Below, in pieces: positions 36,251-45,385 of a stretch of DNA of 64,000 nt. The notes below the pieces were generated by a model. It was not told where the DNA came from. It saw nothing but the letters and a program-made list of their open reading frames with translations, and did no database searches. Every line of letters begins with the position of its first letter. Within the stretch, counting starts at the first letter, position 1. The position numbers and the translations under genes are program-made. This stretch comes from Acidimicrobiales bacterium (GTDB lineage Bacteria; Actinomycetota; Acidimicrobiia; Acidimicrobiales; SZUA-35): NCBI GenBank assembly GCA_033851875.1, contig JAWSVN010000038.1, positions 2,914 through 66,913 of the forward strand, given 5' to 3'.

Positions 36251-36711
36251 GCCTCCATACCGCCATCGGCGGGCAGGGCGTGGACCCGGCCCTGCTCATC
36301 GCCACCCAACGTCTCGCCACCGGCTCGTGGGCGTGCAGCAGCGTGAAGGGCTCGGCCTTCGCCGCGACCCTCGCCGGCTTCGGCTTCGACGTGGTGCGGC
36401 TCGATCTCGGGGGCGTGGCCGACAAGGCAACAGCCATCGAACGATGCCTCGCCGCCGTCGATGCGCCCGGTTGGGCCGGCCACAACTGGGACGCCCTCTA
36501 CGACGTGCTCGTCGATCGATTCGGCCGCGACGACACCGCGGCCCTGGTGATCACGGACGCTCGGACGATCGCCTCGACCCCGGTCGGCTCGACGCTCGAG
36601 TCGCTCGTCGTCGACGCCGCCGCGGAACTCGGTGGGCGAGGTCGAGCGTTCTACGCCATCTGGACGCCGGCGGGCCCGACGACCACGCCCGTCATCGACG
36701 ACGTGGTCTGA
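36247..36711 (+). CDS. Barstar-like ribonuclease inhibitor (immunity) protein, long form
   Basis: ATGA overlap with the RNase stop. VRLDLGGVADKATAIERCLAAVDAPGWAGHNWDALYDVLVD fits the barstar-family core (G.NxDAL.D.L). At 154 aa it is longer than classical barstar (~90 aa). Confidence 0.65.
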   Translation: MSLHTAIGGQGVDPALLIATQRLATGSWACSSVKGSAFAATLAGFGFDVVRLDLGGVADKATAIERCLAAVDAPGWAGHNWDALYDVLVDRFGRDDTAALVITDARTIASTPVGSTLESLVVDAAAELGGRGRAFYAIWTPAGPTTTPVIDDVV

Positions 36712-36714
36712 CCA

Positions 36715-37572
36715 TCAGAGCTGGCCGAGCCGGTTGAGTGGCCAGTAGATCACGAAGGCTCGCCCGGTGATCTCGTCTTCCGGGATCGGCCCGAAGAATC
36801 GGCTGTCGAGTGAGCCATCGCGGTTGTCGCCCAGCACGAACACCTGCCCCTCGGGCACGACGACCGCATCGAAGGGCTCGGTCTCCACGTCGACGCCCAG
36901 GTAGGAGGATTCGTCGACCCGCATCCCGTCGACGTAGATCTCGCCGTCGACTCCCTCGATCTCTTCGCCGCCGAGCGCAAGCACTCGCTTGATCAGATGT
37001 CGGGTGTCGGTGTTCTCGAGGTCGTGTTCGAACACGACGACGTCCCCTCGCTCCACGCCGTGGAGGCGGTAGCTGAGCCGGTTGACGAGGACCCGATCCG
37101 ATGACTCGAGCGTCGCCTCCATCGAGCCGGAGTCGATCCGGTGGGCGTGCACGACGAAGGTCCGGAGGACCATCGCCAACAACACGGCGACCGCGACGAC
37201 ACCGAGCCACTCGACGAGCACGCGACGACGGCGAACGCCCGGGGATGCCTCCTCGGCCGATGCCTCGATCGGTTCGGGCTCGGTCTCGGGGACAGGCTCC
37301 GGCTCTGGCTCCGGGACAGGCTCTGGCTCTGGCTCTGGCTCTGGCTCCGGCTCAGGCTCGGCGACTGGTTCGGGCAGGAAGATACGCGGACGTTCCGGCG
37401 CCGGGGCAGGCGCCTCGAGCTGTGGTTTTGCCGTGACGCTGGTCGTCTCGTCGGCAGACTCGTCGATCCTCGGGTCGGTCGACGGCTCGACCGGAGCCGA
37501 CAACGACGGGTCGGCGTCGAAAAAGGCCTGAGCCAGGGCTTCCGCCACCCAATCGTCGTCGTCGGCTGTCAC
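36715..37572 (-). CDS. lepB: Signal peptidase I with long acidic Glu-Pro repeat N-terminal extension
   Basis: Catalytic Ser box IDSGSMEATL and Lys box IKRVLALGGE, plus VLGDNRDGSLDSRFFGPI. GTG start 10 nt after the pafC stop. Confidence 0.85.
   Translation of the reverse strand: MTADDDDWVAEALAQAFFDADPSLSAPVEPSTDPRIDESADETTSVTAKPQLEAPAPAPERPRIFLPEPVAEPEPEPEPEPEPEPVPEPEPEPVPETEPEPIEASAEEASPGVRRRRVLVEWLGVVAVAVLLAMVLRTFVVHAHRIDSGSMEATLESSDRVLVNRLSYRLHGVERGDVVVFEHDLENTDTRHLIKRVLALGGEEIEGVDGEIYVDGMRVDESSYLGVDVETEPFDAVVVPEGQVFVLGDNRDGSLDSRFFGPIPEDEITGRAFVIYWPLNRLGQL
37275..37361. repeat. Hexanucleotide (ggctcy) microsatellite-like tract encoding (E/V)P repeats in lepB
   Basis: ggctccggctctggctcc...ggctctggctctggctctggctctggctccggctc read directly. 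It translates on the minus strand to EPEPEPEPEPEPEPVPEPEPEPVPETEPEP. Confidence 0.9.
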
Positions 37573-37582
37573 GCGGCGCAGG

Positions 37583-38536
37583 CTAGCTGGCGTACCGATC
37601 CCGAATACGTGAGGCGGCAGCTTGACCTATGTCGGTTGCACCATCCAGCCCTTGCGCACCGATCACCGCGCCGTCGGGCCCCAATCGGAGCAGCAACCGC
37701 TCCAGCCACGCCTCCGCCGTCACCACCAACCGCACGGTGAGACCGTCGTCGTCGTCCGCGATCACCTCACACGGGTAGGCCTCCGCCACCCACCGAGCCG
37801 CGGGCCGCAACCGTACGTCGACCGTCGGGTCATCGCTGCCGGGGTGGAACACCCGGGCCTCGTCGCCGTGTGGTGGACGTTGGGTTGCCGCCTCGCCGGT
37901 CTCGGCCAGCGCGTCGATCCGGTCGACCCGGAAGAGCCGCTCGCCCTCGGCGAGATGGCACCAGCCCTGCACGTACCAGGCGCCGGCGTCGGCAGAGACT
38001 CGCCACGGGGCGATCCGGCGTGACGTGTGCTCATCGCGGCCATAGGAGTAGTAGCCGATCTCGACCTCGGTGCCCTCGGAGGCAGCCCGTCGAAGGGCAT
38101 CGAGGTGGCCGGCCTCGGCGTCGCCGAGATCGACCTCGATCGTCTGGTCGGCGTCGACGCCCATCGAGTCGGCCAACTTGGCCAGGGCTCGGGCGAGGGG
38201 CCCGTCGTCGTCGGTACCGGGGACCGACAGGAGAGCATCACTCGCCGCCAGCAGTGCCAGGCCCTGGGCCGGGGTGAGGCGCAGCGGCCGTTCGAAGAAA
38301 TCGGCGTAGTGGATCCACACCCGACCGTCGTCGAGCTGCACCTCGACCAGGGCGTCGGGGGTGTAGGGCGGCAGGCCGACCATCCAGACGACGTCGAGGT
38401 CCTTGATCAGTTCCTTCTCGCTGAGACCGAATCGCTTCGCCACGGTCGCCACCTCGACCCCGGGGTTGGCGACGATCCACGGCACGATCGCCAGAAGGCG
38501 ACGAAGGCGGTCGGCGGCGGTGGCCTTGATCGCCAT
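37583..38536 (-). CDS. pafC: PafC (HTH-WYL transcriptional regulator, PafBC complex)
   Basis: Track ORF trimmed to ATG 38536 (1-nt overlap with the pafB stop, TGATG). N-terminal HTH (RLRRLLAIVPWIV..VATVAKRFGLSEKELIKDL) and WYL-type middle domain. It occupies the position after pafA-pafB. Confidence 0.85.
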   Translation of the reverse strand: MAIKATAADRLRRLLAIVPWIVANPGVEVATVAKRFGLSEKELIKDLDVVWMVGLPPYTPDALVEVQLDDGRVWIHYADFFERPLRLTPAQGLALLAASDALLSVPGTDDDGPLARALAKLADSMGVDADQTIEVDLGDAEAGHLDALRRAASEGTEVEIGYYSYGRDEHTSRRIAPWRVSADAGAWYVQGWCHLAEGERLFRVDRIDALAETGEAATQRPPHGDEARVFHPGSDDPTVDVRLRPAARWVAEAYPCEVIADDDDGLTVRLVVTAEAWLERLLLRLGPDGAVIGAQGLDGATDIGQAAASRIRDRYAS

Positions 38537-39477
38537 CAGCGCCCACCTCCCCCGGCGCGGTCGACGATCGCATCCAGCCACTCCACCATGCGACCGCGAA
38601 CGTCCGCCGGAGCGAGGATCTCGGCGTGTTCGAGGAAGCCGAGCACGAAGCCTCGGAACGCGTCCTCGTTCACCACCGGGACGACGAAGACCGTGCCGCC
38701 CGACGGATGAGGGCGCGTCGCCACCGTCTCGTCGAAGTGTCGGCGGGCGAACTCCGCCCGCTCGGCATCGACGAGCAGGTCGACCATGACGGGGGCGTCG
38801 TCGCCGAGCTCCCACCCCTGCCGGGTACGGCCGGGGCGTTCGGTGGCAGGCCGCTCGAAGGCGTGGCCGTCGTGCTCGATCGTCACCTCGCCCTCGATGC
38901 GGTCGAGACGGAAGTTGCGCTCGCCGTCACGCCCGAGGTCGAAGCCGCTCAGGTACCAACGGCCGCGTTGGAAATCGAGACGCCACGGCTCGACGTGACG
39001 GTGTTCCCCCCGATAGCCGAAGCGCACCGGGACCCGCTGGGCGATCGCGCCGAACATCGGCACGAGATTGGGGTCGCCGGGCAAGCTGGCCACGGCCTCG
39101 GGCGGCACCGGCACGTCCTCCTGGCCCCCGAGCTTCCAGAGCCCCTCGGCTTCGCCGAGACCCTCCAGCCGCACGGCCATCGACGCCAGGTGGAGGGCCG
39201 CCAACTCCTCGGTGTCGAGGCCCGGGTCGGCGAGGTAGTACTCATCGGCCGGGATGCGATAGCCGTCGATCGGCGGGTCGGTGCCGGGAACGCGCTCCAC
39301 CCGCACAGGGATGCCGAGAACGCGCAGGTCGTCCTTGTCGCGCTCGAAGGCGCGTCGGAACGACGCACCGGGCGGCGGATAGCCGGGCACGCGATCCTGG
39401 ATCACATCGGCGGTCAACGGACGTCGGGCGTCGAGCAACACCGCCGTGAGGTTGAGGAGCCGTTCGAGCTTGCTCAC
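38536..39477 (-). CDS. pafB: PafB (HTH-WYL transcriptional regulator, PafBC complex)
   Basis: [26 protein letters not shown] (HTH) plus a WYL-type domain ([16 protein letters not shown]). Its GTG start overlaps the pafA stop (GTGA). Confidence 0.85.
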   Translation of the reverse strand: MSKLERLLNLTAVLLDARRPLTADVIQDRVPGYPPPGASFRRAFERDKDDLRVLGIPVRVERVPGTDPPIDGYRIPADEYYLADPGLDTEELAALHLASMAVRLEGLGEAEGLWKLGGQEDVPVPPEAVASLPGDPNLVPMFGAIAQRVPVRFGYRGEHRHVEPWRLDFQRGRWYLSGFDLGRDGERNFRLDRIEGEVTIEHDGHAFERPATERPGRTRQGWELGDDAPVMVDLLVDAERAEFARRHFDETVATRPHPSGGTVFVVPVVNEDAFRGFVLGFLEHAEILAPADVRGRMVEWLDAIVDRAGGGGR

Positions 39478-40844
39478 AGGCTCTCGATGAGCTTCGCCAC
39501 CCGATCGTCCTCGTAGCGGAACGGGTCCTTGCAGAGGACGGTGCGCTGGGCCTGATCGTTGAGCTTCAGGTGCACCCAGTCGACGGTGTAGTCACGCTTG
39601 CGTTCCTTCGCCTTCGCGATGAACTCGCCCCGGAGCTTCGCCCGCGTCGTCTGGGGCGGCAGCTCGACGGCCTCGAACATCTCGTCGTCGTGCAGGGTCC
39701 GCTCGACCATGTCACGGTTCTGGAGCTTGTAGAACAGTCCACGGTCGCGGCGGATGTCGTGGTACTGCAGGTCGATCAACTGCACCCGAGCGTCGGACAG
39801 GGGCAGATCGTGCTTGGCCCGATACGACTCGACCAGATTGTGCTTGATCACCCAGTCGAGCTCGCGGTCGAGCTTGAACGGGTCCTGTTCGAGATGGGTC
39901 ATCACGTGCTCCCACATGTGGAGCGCCTGCATCTCGTCGTCGGGAAGACCCTTCACCTCGGCGTAGCGAAGCGCCCGATTCAGGTACTCGCTCTGGATCT
40001 CGAGAGCCGACGCCTCACGGCCGTTGGCCAGACGAACCTTGCGGGTCATCGTCAGGTCGTGACTGATCTCGCGGATCGCGCGGATCGGGTTCTCGAGCGT
40101 CATGTCGCGCAGGACGCACGACGGGTCCTCGACCATGCGCAACAACACCGCCATCGCGCCGACCTTGAGGAAGGTCGTGTACTCGCTCATGTTCGAGTCG
40201 CCGACGATCACGTGCAGGCGCCGGAAGTGCTCGGCGTCGGCGTGGGGCTCGTCGCGGGTGTTGATGATCGGCCGACTCCGGGTGGTCGCCGACGAGACTC
40301 CTTCCCAGATGTGTTCGGCCCGCTGCGAAACAGCGAACATCGCGCCACGAGCGGTCTGGAGCACCTTGCCGGCGCCGGCGTAGATCTGGCGAGACACCAG
40401 GAAGGGGATCAGCACCTCGGAGTAATGGCTGGTGTCGTCGCTGCGGTGCGTCAGGTAGTTCTCGTGGCAGCCATAGGAGTTGCCGGCCGAGTCGGTGTTG
40501 TTCTTGAACAGGTGGATGACGCCGCGGATGCCCTCGTCGCGCAGGCGCTCCTCCGCCGAGTCGAGGAGCTGTTCGAGGATGCGCTCGCCGGCCTTGTCGT
40601 GGACGACGACCTGCCCGATCGAGTCGCACTCGGCCGTGGCGTACTCGGGGTGGGACCCGACATCGAGGTAGAGCCGGGCGCCGTTGACGAGGAAGACGTT
40701 CGACGAACGCCCCCACGACACCACCCGGCGGAACAGGTATCGAGCCACCTCGTCCGGGCTCAGCCGACGCTGACCGCGCAGGGTGCAAGTGACCCCGTAC
40801 TCGGTCTCGATGCCGTAGATGCGCCGTTGCTCCACGTCGCTCAA
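39474..40844 (-). CDS. pafA: Pup--protein ligase PafA
   Basis: [11 protein letters not shown]..., [19 protein letters not shown] and [16 protein letters not shown] are Pup-ligase/Dop family signatures. The PafA-type N-terminus and its position next to prcA and pafBC support the call. Confidence 0.95.
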   Translation of the reverse strand: MSDVEQRRIYGIETEYGVTCTLRGQRRLSPDEVARYLFRRVVSWGRSSNVFLVNGARLYLDVGSHPEYATAECDSIGQVVVHDKAGERILEQLLDSAEERLRDEGIRGVIHLFKNNTDSAGNSYGCHENYLTHRSDDTSHYSEVLIPFLVSRQIYAGAGKVLQTARGAMFAVSQRAEHIWEGVSSATTRSRPIINTRDEPHADAEHFRRLHVIVGDSNMSEYTTFLKVGAMAVLLRMVEDPSCVLRDMTLENPIRAIREISHDLTMTRKVRLANGREASALEIQSEYLNRALRYAEVKGLPDDEMQALHMWEHVMTHLEQDPFKLDRELDWVIKHNLVESYRAKHDLPLSDARVQLIDLQYHDIRRDRGLFYKLQNRDMVERTLHDDEMFEAVELPPQTTRAKLRGEFIAKAKERKRDYTVDWVHLKLNDQAQRTVLCKDPFRYEDDRVAKLIESL

Positions 40845-40889
40845 CCTAGCTCAGCTCCGCTGGTCACACGGGTTCGAGATGAGGCCACC

Positions 40890-41570
40890 TCAGGCTCCGA
40901 GCGCAGCGGTGATCTCGCCGTTCTCGAGGCGGCGAAAACAGCGGCCGGTGTCGCGTCGGTCGAGCACCGCGATCTCGAGAGCATCTGCCTCGAGGGTCCG
41001 CTCGGGGCCGGCGAGGGCGGCGACGGCCGCCTGCACGGCGCCGCCGAGGTCGAGGTCGGACCGGTCGACGGCGGCCAGCCGTTCCCGGATCGCCTCGGCA
41101 TCACCGCCGAGGGCGGCGAACCCGTACTCGTCGGTGACCGAGCCGTCGTAGCGGATGTGGAACTGGCGGTTGCCATCGGCCTCGTGCCCGACGGCGACCA
41201 CGAGGATCTCGACCTCGAGCGGCTTCATCTCGTGGGTGAAGATCTGGCCCAGGATCTGGGCGTACTGGTTGGCGAGCGCCTGGGCATCGACGTCGTCGCG
41301 CGAGTAGGTATAGCCCTTGGTGTCGGCATGGCGGATCCCGGCGATCCGCAGCTGGTCGTACTCGTTGTACTTGCCGACCCCGGCGAAGGCGATCCGGTCG
41401 TAGATCTCGGAGATCTTGCGCAGGTTCCGCGACGGGTTCTCCGCGCACATCACGATCCCGCCGTCGAACTCGAGGGTGAGCAGGCTGCGACCTCGGGCGA
41501 TGCCCTTCTGGGCGTAGTCGGCCCGGTCCTTCATCACCTGCTCGGGTGCGACATAGAACGGCATGCTCAT
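40890..41570 (-). CDS. prcA: 20S proteasome alpha subunit
   Basis: MSMPFYVAPEQVMKDRADYAQKGIARGRS... is the actinobacterial PrcA N-terminus. ATGA overlap with prcB. Confidence 0.95.
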   Translation of the reverse strand: MSMPFYVAPEQVMKDRADYAQKGIARGRSLLTLEFDGGIVMCAENPSRNLRKISEIYDRIAFAGVGKYNEYDQLRIAGIRHADTKGYTYSRDDVDAQALANQYAQILGQIFTHEMKPLEVEILVVAVGHEADGNRQFHIRYDGSVTDEYGFAALGGDAEAIRERLAAVDRSDLDLGGAVQAAVAALAGPERTLEADALEIAVLDRRDTGRCFRRLENGEITAALGA

Positions 41571-42427
41571 ACCGAACCTCCTCCGGTGGTGACGTCCGGC
41601 GTGTCGCCGTCGGTGTATTCGTTGACGATCGCCGCGAAGCGCTCGGCGACCTCCGGTTCGGGGACCTCGGCGTAGCCGTCGGCCGTGATGGTGGCGACGA
41701 TCGGGTAGATCCCACGCATCGAGTCCGGGCCGCCGGTGGCGGAGTCGTCGTCGGCGGCGACGAACAGCGACCGGATCAGCAGGTCGACGGTGACGTCGCG
41801 GCTGAGGTCGCCCGCCCGACCGAGCTTGATCACGGTGCGAGCGTGGAGACTGCCGGATCCGGAGGCGACGTAGTCCTCCTCCTCGTAGCGGCCACCGGTG
41901 ACGTCATAGGCGAACAGGCGGCCGCGTTCACGCAGCCGGTCGAACCCGGCGAAGATCGGCACGACGACCATGCCCTGCATCGCCGCCGGCAGGTGGGACC
42001 GCACCATCTGCGACAGCTGGTTGGCCTTGCCCTCGAGCGAGAGCGAATGGCCCTCGACCTTCTCGTAGTGCTCGAGCTGGAGCTGGAACAGCTTGACCAT
42101 CTCGATGGCGGGGCCGGCGGCGCCGGCGATCGCCACCCCGGACCAGCGGTCGGCCGGGAACACCTTCTGCATGGTGCGGTGCGAGATCAGGTTGCCGGCG
42201 GTGGCGCGGCGGTCGCCGGCGATCACCACGCCGTCGGCGAAACGGCAGGCCACGACGGTGGTGCCGTGGGTGATCTCGAGCGAGGACGATCCCGCCTCGA
42301 CGAGCGACCGTCGCAGCTCGGCGTCGACCCGATACGACGGGTCGAGTGCCAGCTTCGACAGCAGCCCGGTGAACGAGGGGCCGGGATCCTCCGAGGGGTT
42401 GAACATCGGAAGGGTCACGGGCGCCAA
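41567..42427 (-). CDS. prcB: 20S proteasome beta subunit (with propeptide)
   Basis: The propeptide is followed by HGTTVVACRFADGVVIAGDRRAT (Thr1 active-site context). The exact start is uncertain (TTG 42427, GTG 42418 or ATG 42406). Confidence 0.95.
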   Translation of the reverse strand: MAPVTLPMFNPSEDPGPSFTGLLSKLALDPSYRVDAELRRSLVEAGSSSLEITHGTTVVACRFADGVVIAGDRRATAGNLISHRTMQKVFPADRWSGVAIAGAAGPAIEMVKLFQLQLEHYEKVEGHSLSLEGKANQLSQMVRSHLPAAMQGMVVVPIFAGFDRLRERGRLFAYDVTGGRYEEEDYVASGSGSLHARTVIKLGRAGDLSRDVTVDLLIRSLFVAADDDSATGGPDSMRGIYPIVATITADGYAEVPEPEVAERFAAIVNEYTDGDTPDVTTGGGSV

Positions 42428-42541
42428 CCTAGCGCGACCACACGGCCCAGCCCGGTTCGGCCGCAGGTCCGAATTCGGCGGTTCCCCCCGGTCGATCCGT
42501 TAGCGTCTCGGGCGACCCGCATCGCAGACCAGGAGCACCCC

Positions 42542-43675
42542 ATGCCCGAGACCCTCGCCACCGTCGACGACCTCCACGCCCTCCGGGCCGAGATGGAAGC
42601 GGCCCTCGACGGCTACGAGGCTCCCGCCTACTACGGCGTCGGCGTGGCGACGGTCGGGCCGTCGGGCGCGGTCCTCGACGTCTTCTACCCGGTGGTCAAC
42701 GACGACTCCCACGCGCTCGTCGCCGTCGCCCTCGCCACGGCGATCGGCCACACCGTCGGCTCAGCGACCTACCAGCTCGATCCGGCCCAGCTCGACGCTG
42801 CGATCGACCTGCTGGCGCCGGCGGAGTCGGTGCCGGTTCCCCACCCGAACCTCGGGGCCTGGCGGGCCCTTCGCGACGTCGTCGAGGCGCCGGCGGCGGG
42901 CGGCACCCGTCAGCTCGTCGCGGCCTTCATCGCAGATCCGGGTGACGCCCCCACCGACCCGATCGACGGCTACCTCCGACTCCACCTGCTCAGCCACCGG
43001 GTGGTGCAGCCCCACGGCATCGTGATGGACGGCATCTTCGGCGTCCTCACCAACTGCGTCTGGACCAACCTCGGCCCCTTCGAGGTCGAGGGGTTCGCCA
43101 CCGCCAAGCTCGCCCAGGAGGCCAAGGGCCACCACGTCGAGGTCCGCCTGATCGACAAGTTCCCCGCGATGGTCGACTACGTGATCCCGTCCGGCGTACG
43201 CATCGCCGACGGCAACCGGGTGCGCCTCGGCGCCCACCTGGCCGAGGGCACCACCGTCATGCACGAGGGCTTCTGCAACTTCAACGCCGGCACCCTCGGG
43301 TCGTCGATGGTGGAGGGTCGCATCTCCGCCGGCGTGGTCGTCGGCGACGGTTCCGACGTCGGCGGCGGCGCCTCGATCATGGGCACCCTGTCGGGTGGCG
43401 GCACCGAGACGATCTCGCTCGGCGAGAACTGCCTCCTCGGCGCGAATTCCGGCGTCGGCATCAGCCTCGGCGACAACTGCATCGTCGAGGCCGGGCTCTA
43501 TGTCACCGGCGGGACCCGGGTGACGATGCCCGACGGTTCGGTCGTGCGTGGACGCGACGTGTCCGGTGCCAGCGGTCTGCTGTTCCTCCGCGACTCCCAG
43601 ACCGGCGCGGTCGTCGCCAAGGAGCGCGAGGGCGCCTCGTGGCAGGGCCTCAACGAGGCCCTTCACGCCAACTGA
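42542..43675 (+). CDS. dapD: 2,3,4,5-tetrahydropyridine-2,6-dicarboxylate N-succinyltransferase (actinobacterial DapD type)
   Basis: Track ORF 41546..43675 trimmed to ATG 42542, with AGGAG at 42531-42535. The left-handed beta-helix hexapeptide region VMHEGFCNFNAGTLGSSMVEGRISAGVVVGDGSDVGGGASIMGTLSGGG matches actinobacterial DapD as I recall it. Confidence 0.85.
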   Translation: MPETLATVDDLHALRAEMEAALDGYEAPAYYGVGVATVGPSGAVLDVFYPVVNDDSHALVAVALATAIGHTVGSATYQLDPAQLDAAIDLLAPAESVPVPHPNLGAWRALRDVVEAPAAGGTRQLVAAFIADPGDAPTDPIDGYLRLHLLSHRVVQPHGIVMDGIFGVLTNCVWTNLGPFEVEGFATAKLAQEAKGHHVEVRLIDKFPAMVDYVIPSGVRIADGNRVRLGAHLAEGTTVMHEGFCNFNAGTLGSSMVEGRISAGVVVGDGSDVGGGASIMGTLSGGGTETISLGENCLLGANSGVGISLGDNCIVEAGLYVTGGTRVTMPDGSVVRGRDVSGASGLLFLRDSQTGAVVAKEREGASWQGLNEALHAN

Positions 43676-43721
43676 ATCCCGCCCGCCCCGCCCCCATCCC
43701 CGCCTCACGTTCCGCGGGATT

Positions 43722-43838
43722 GGGTCAACCTCAGGGCCCCTCAGGCCCGCACACCGACCCAACGCCGCAAGACCCCGGACCTCGTTCGCATCGGGTCAAC
43801 CTCAGGGCCCCTCAGGCCCGCACACCGACCCAACGCCG
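43722..43838. repeat. Two perfect 46-bp direct repeats (43722-43767, 43793-43838; period 71 bp) in the convergent intergenic region
   Basis: gggtcaacctcagggcccctcaggcccgcacaccgacccaacgccg occurs twice exactly. It is flanked by a C-rich tract (43678-43704) and a G-rich tract (43846-43879). Confidence 0.9.
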
Positions 43839-43898
43839 ACGAAGCGGGGCAGGGGTGGGCGGGGTGGCGGGGGTCGGGGCGCGGTGCGGAAGTGGCGG

Positions 43899-44600
43899 TC
43901 AGAGGCCGTAGGAGCGGAAGATGTCGCCGAGCTTGCCGCCGGCGCCCTTGGGCTCGACCATCGCCTCGAACAGGGCGACGAACGCCCGGCCGCTGAGGCC
44001 GTCTGGCGCCGACTCGGGGTAGACCGAGTGGCGGATCGCCAACCCCTCGGCCACCGCCGTGCACACGACGACCAGCTCCTCCAGGGTCAGGCCCTCCTTG
44101 AGCTGGTAGCCCTTGGCCTCGACGTTGGCGAGGATGAAGCGCGACAGCTCCAGATGGACCTCGTCGTAGAACTCGTAGAGACCTCGGATCTTCCCCCGGA
44201 TCGTCGGGTCGTCGGCCCCCATGCCCCAGATCGCCATCTGGACGTAGATTCGCCGCTCGGTGCGAACCAACTCCTCGTCGATCAGCCCGACCTCGTAGAG
44301 GTACTCGGCGATCTCGAGCCCAGCGGCGCTGAACAATCCCTTGGCGCGATTCGCCAGGAGGCCGTCCTCACCGCCGGACAGCCACGCCGTGGGACTCAGG
44401 CAGTGGTCGAGGATCTCGTCGATCAGGCCGGCCTTGCCGCCGAAGTCGTTGCTGATCTGACTGCGGTCGACCCCCGCCTCGAGTTCGAGCGCGTCATAGG
44501 TCAGGGCCGCGTGCCACGACACGTCGGCCGACGACAGGATCCGGGCCGCCGCCTCGAGGACGACCGCTCGCCGTTGATCCTTCGTTCTGCTCGACCGCAC
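43899..44600 (-). CDS. TetR-family transcriptional regulator
   Basis: N-terminal HTH region AVVLEAAARILSS...LTYDALELEAGVDRSQISNDFGGKAGL is TetR_N-like. It has an all-helical C-terminal ligand domain. Confidence 0.8.
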   Translation of the reverse strand: MRSSRTKDQRRAVVLEAAARILSSADVSWHAALTYDALELEAGVDRSQISNDFGGKAGLIDEILDHCLSPTAWLSGGEDGLLANRAKGLFSAAGLEIAEYLYEVGLIDEELVRTERRIYVQMAIWGMGADDPTIRGKIRGLYEFYDEVHLELSRFILANVEAKGYQLKEGLTLEELVVVCTAVAEGLAIRHSVYPESAPDGLSGRAFVALFEAMVEPKGAGGKLGDIFRSYGL

Positions 44601-44923
44601 GGTGACAGAATGTCAGGACACGTCGCCTTTGACGACCTTCGGCCCCGTTTCTGCGACTAGTTCGCGCTCGCGAAAGGCGTCGACCAGGGAAAACACCACG
44701 GCTGACGGGAAGCCGTTCAGCGCGTGGACGCACGAACGGAATCGGATGGAGGCCGCCGCGGCTCCACCCGACTCCGTTCGCGATCACCATCGACATGGCC
44801 GACACCACCCGAGGTGAACTCCGTCCAGTCAAGCCTAGGGTGCCACAACAATCATTGAGAACATTCCTGTCTCGCAGGTGTGCCACGGCCGAGAGTGCGG
44901 CGAGAGCGGTCTACGATCCGGCA

Positions 44924-45385
44924 ATGCCGCTCGACGACGCCGACCGCCACTATCTCGACCTGGCCATCGCCGAAGCCACCGCCGGACTCGGCGCGGGCGG
45001 CATCCCGATCGGCGCGGTCCTGGTGGCCGATGGCGACGTGCTCGGCGCCGGCCACAACCAGCGGGTGCAGCTGGGCTCGGCCATTCGCCACGGCGAGACC
45101 GATGCCCTCGAGAAGGCGGGCCGACAGGCCGCCGCCGTCTACGCCCGGTCGACGATGTACACGACGCTCTCGCCGTGTCACATGTGCACCGGCGCCATCC
45201 TCCTCTACGGGATCCCCCGGGTGGTGATCGGCGAGAACACCACCTTCCTCGGCGCCGAGGATCTCCTCCGCTCCCACGGGGTCGAGGTCGTCGTCGCCGA
45301 CGATCCGAGGTGCACCGAGCTGATGACGTCGTTCATCGCCGACCGCCCGGACCTGTGGTTCGAGGACATCGGCGAGGTCAGCTGA
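44924..45385 (+). CDS. Cytosine/nucleoside deaminase (CDA fold, Fcy1/TadA-like)
   Basis: Trimmed to ATG 44924. Zinc motifs HGETDAL (H-A/G-E) and SPCHMCTGA (PC..C). Confidence 0.8.
   Translation: MPLDDADRHYLDLAIAEATAGLGAGGIPIGAVLVADGDVLGAGHNQRVQLGSAIRHGETDALEKAGRQAAAVYARSTMYTTLSPCHMCTGAILLYGIPRVVIGENTTFLGAEDLLRSHGVEVVVADDPRCTELMTSFIADRPDLWFEDIGEVS

Noticed and set aside
43722-43838. Possible CRISPR array (repeat-spacer-repeat).
   Set aside because: There are only two repeat copies with a 25-bp spacer, a 46-bp repeat with no palindromic core typical of CRISPR repeats, and no cas genes in the window.
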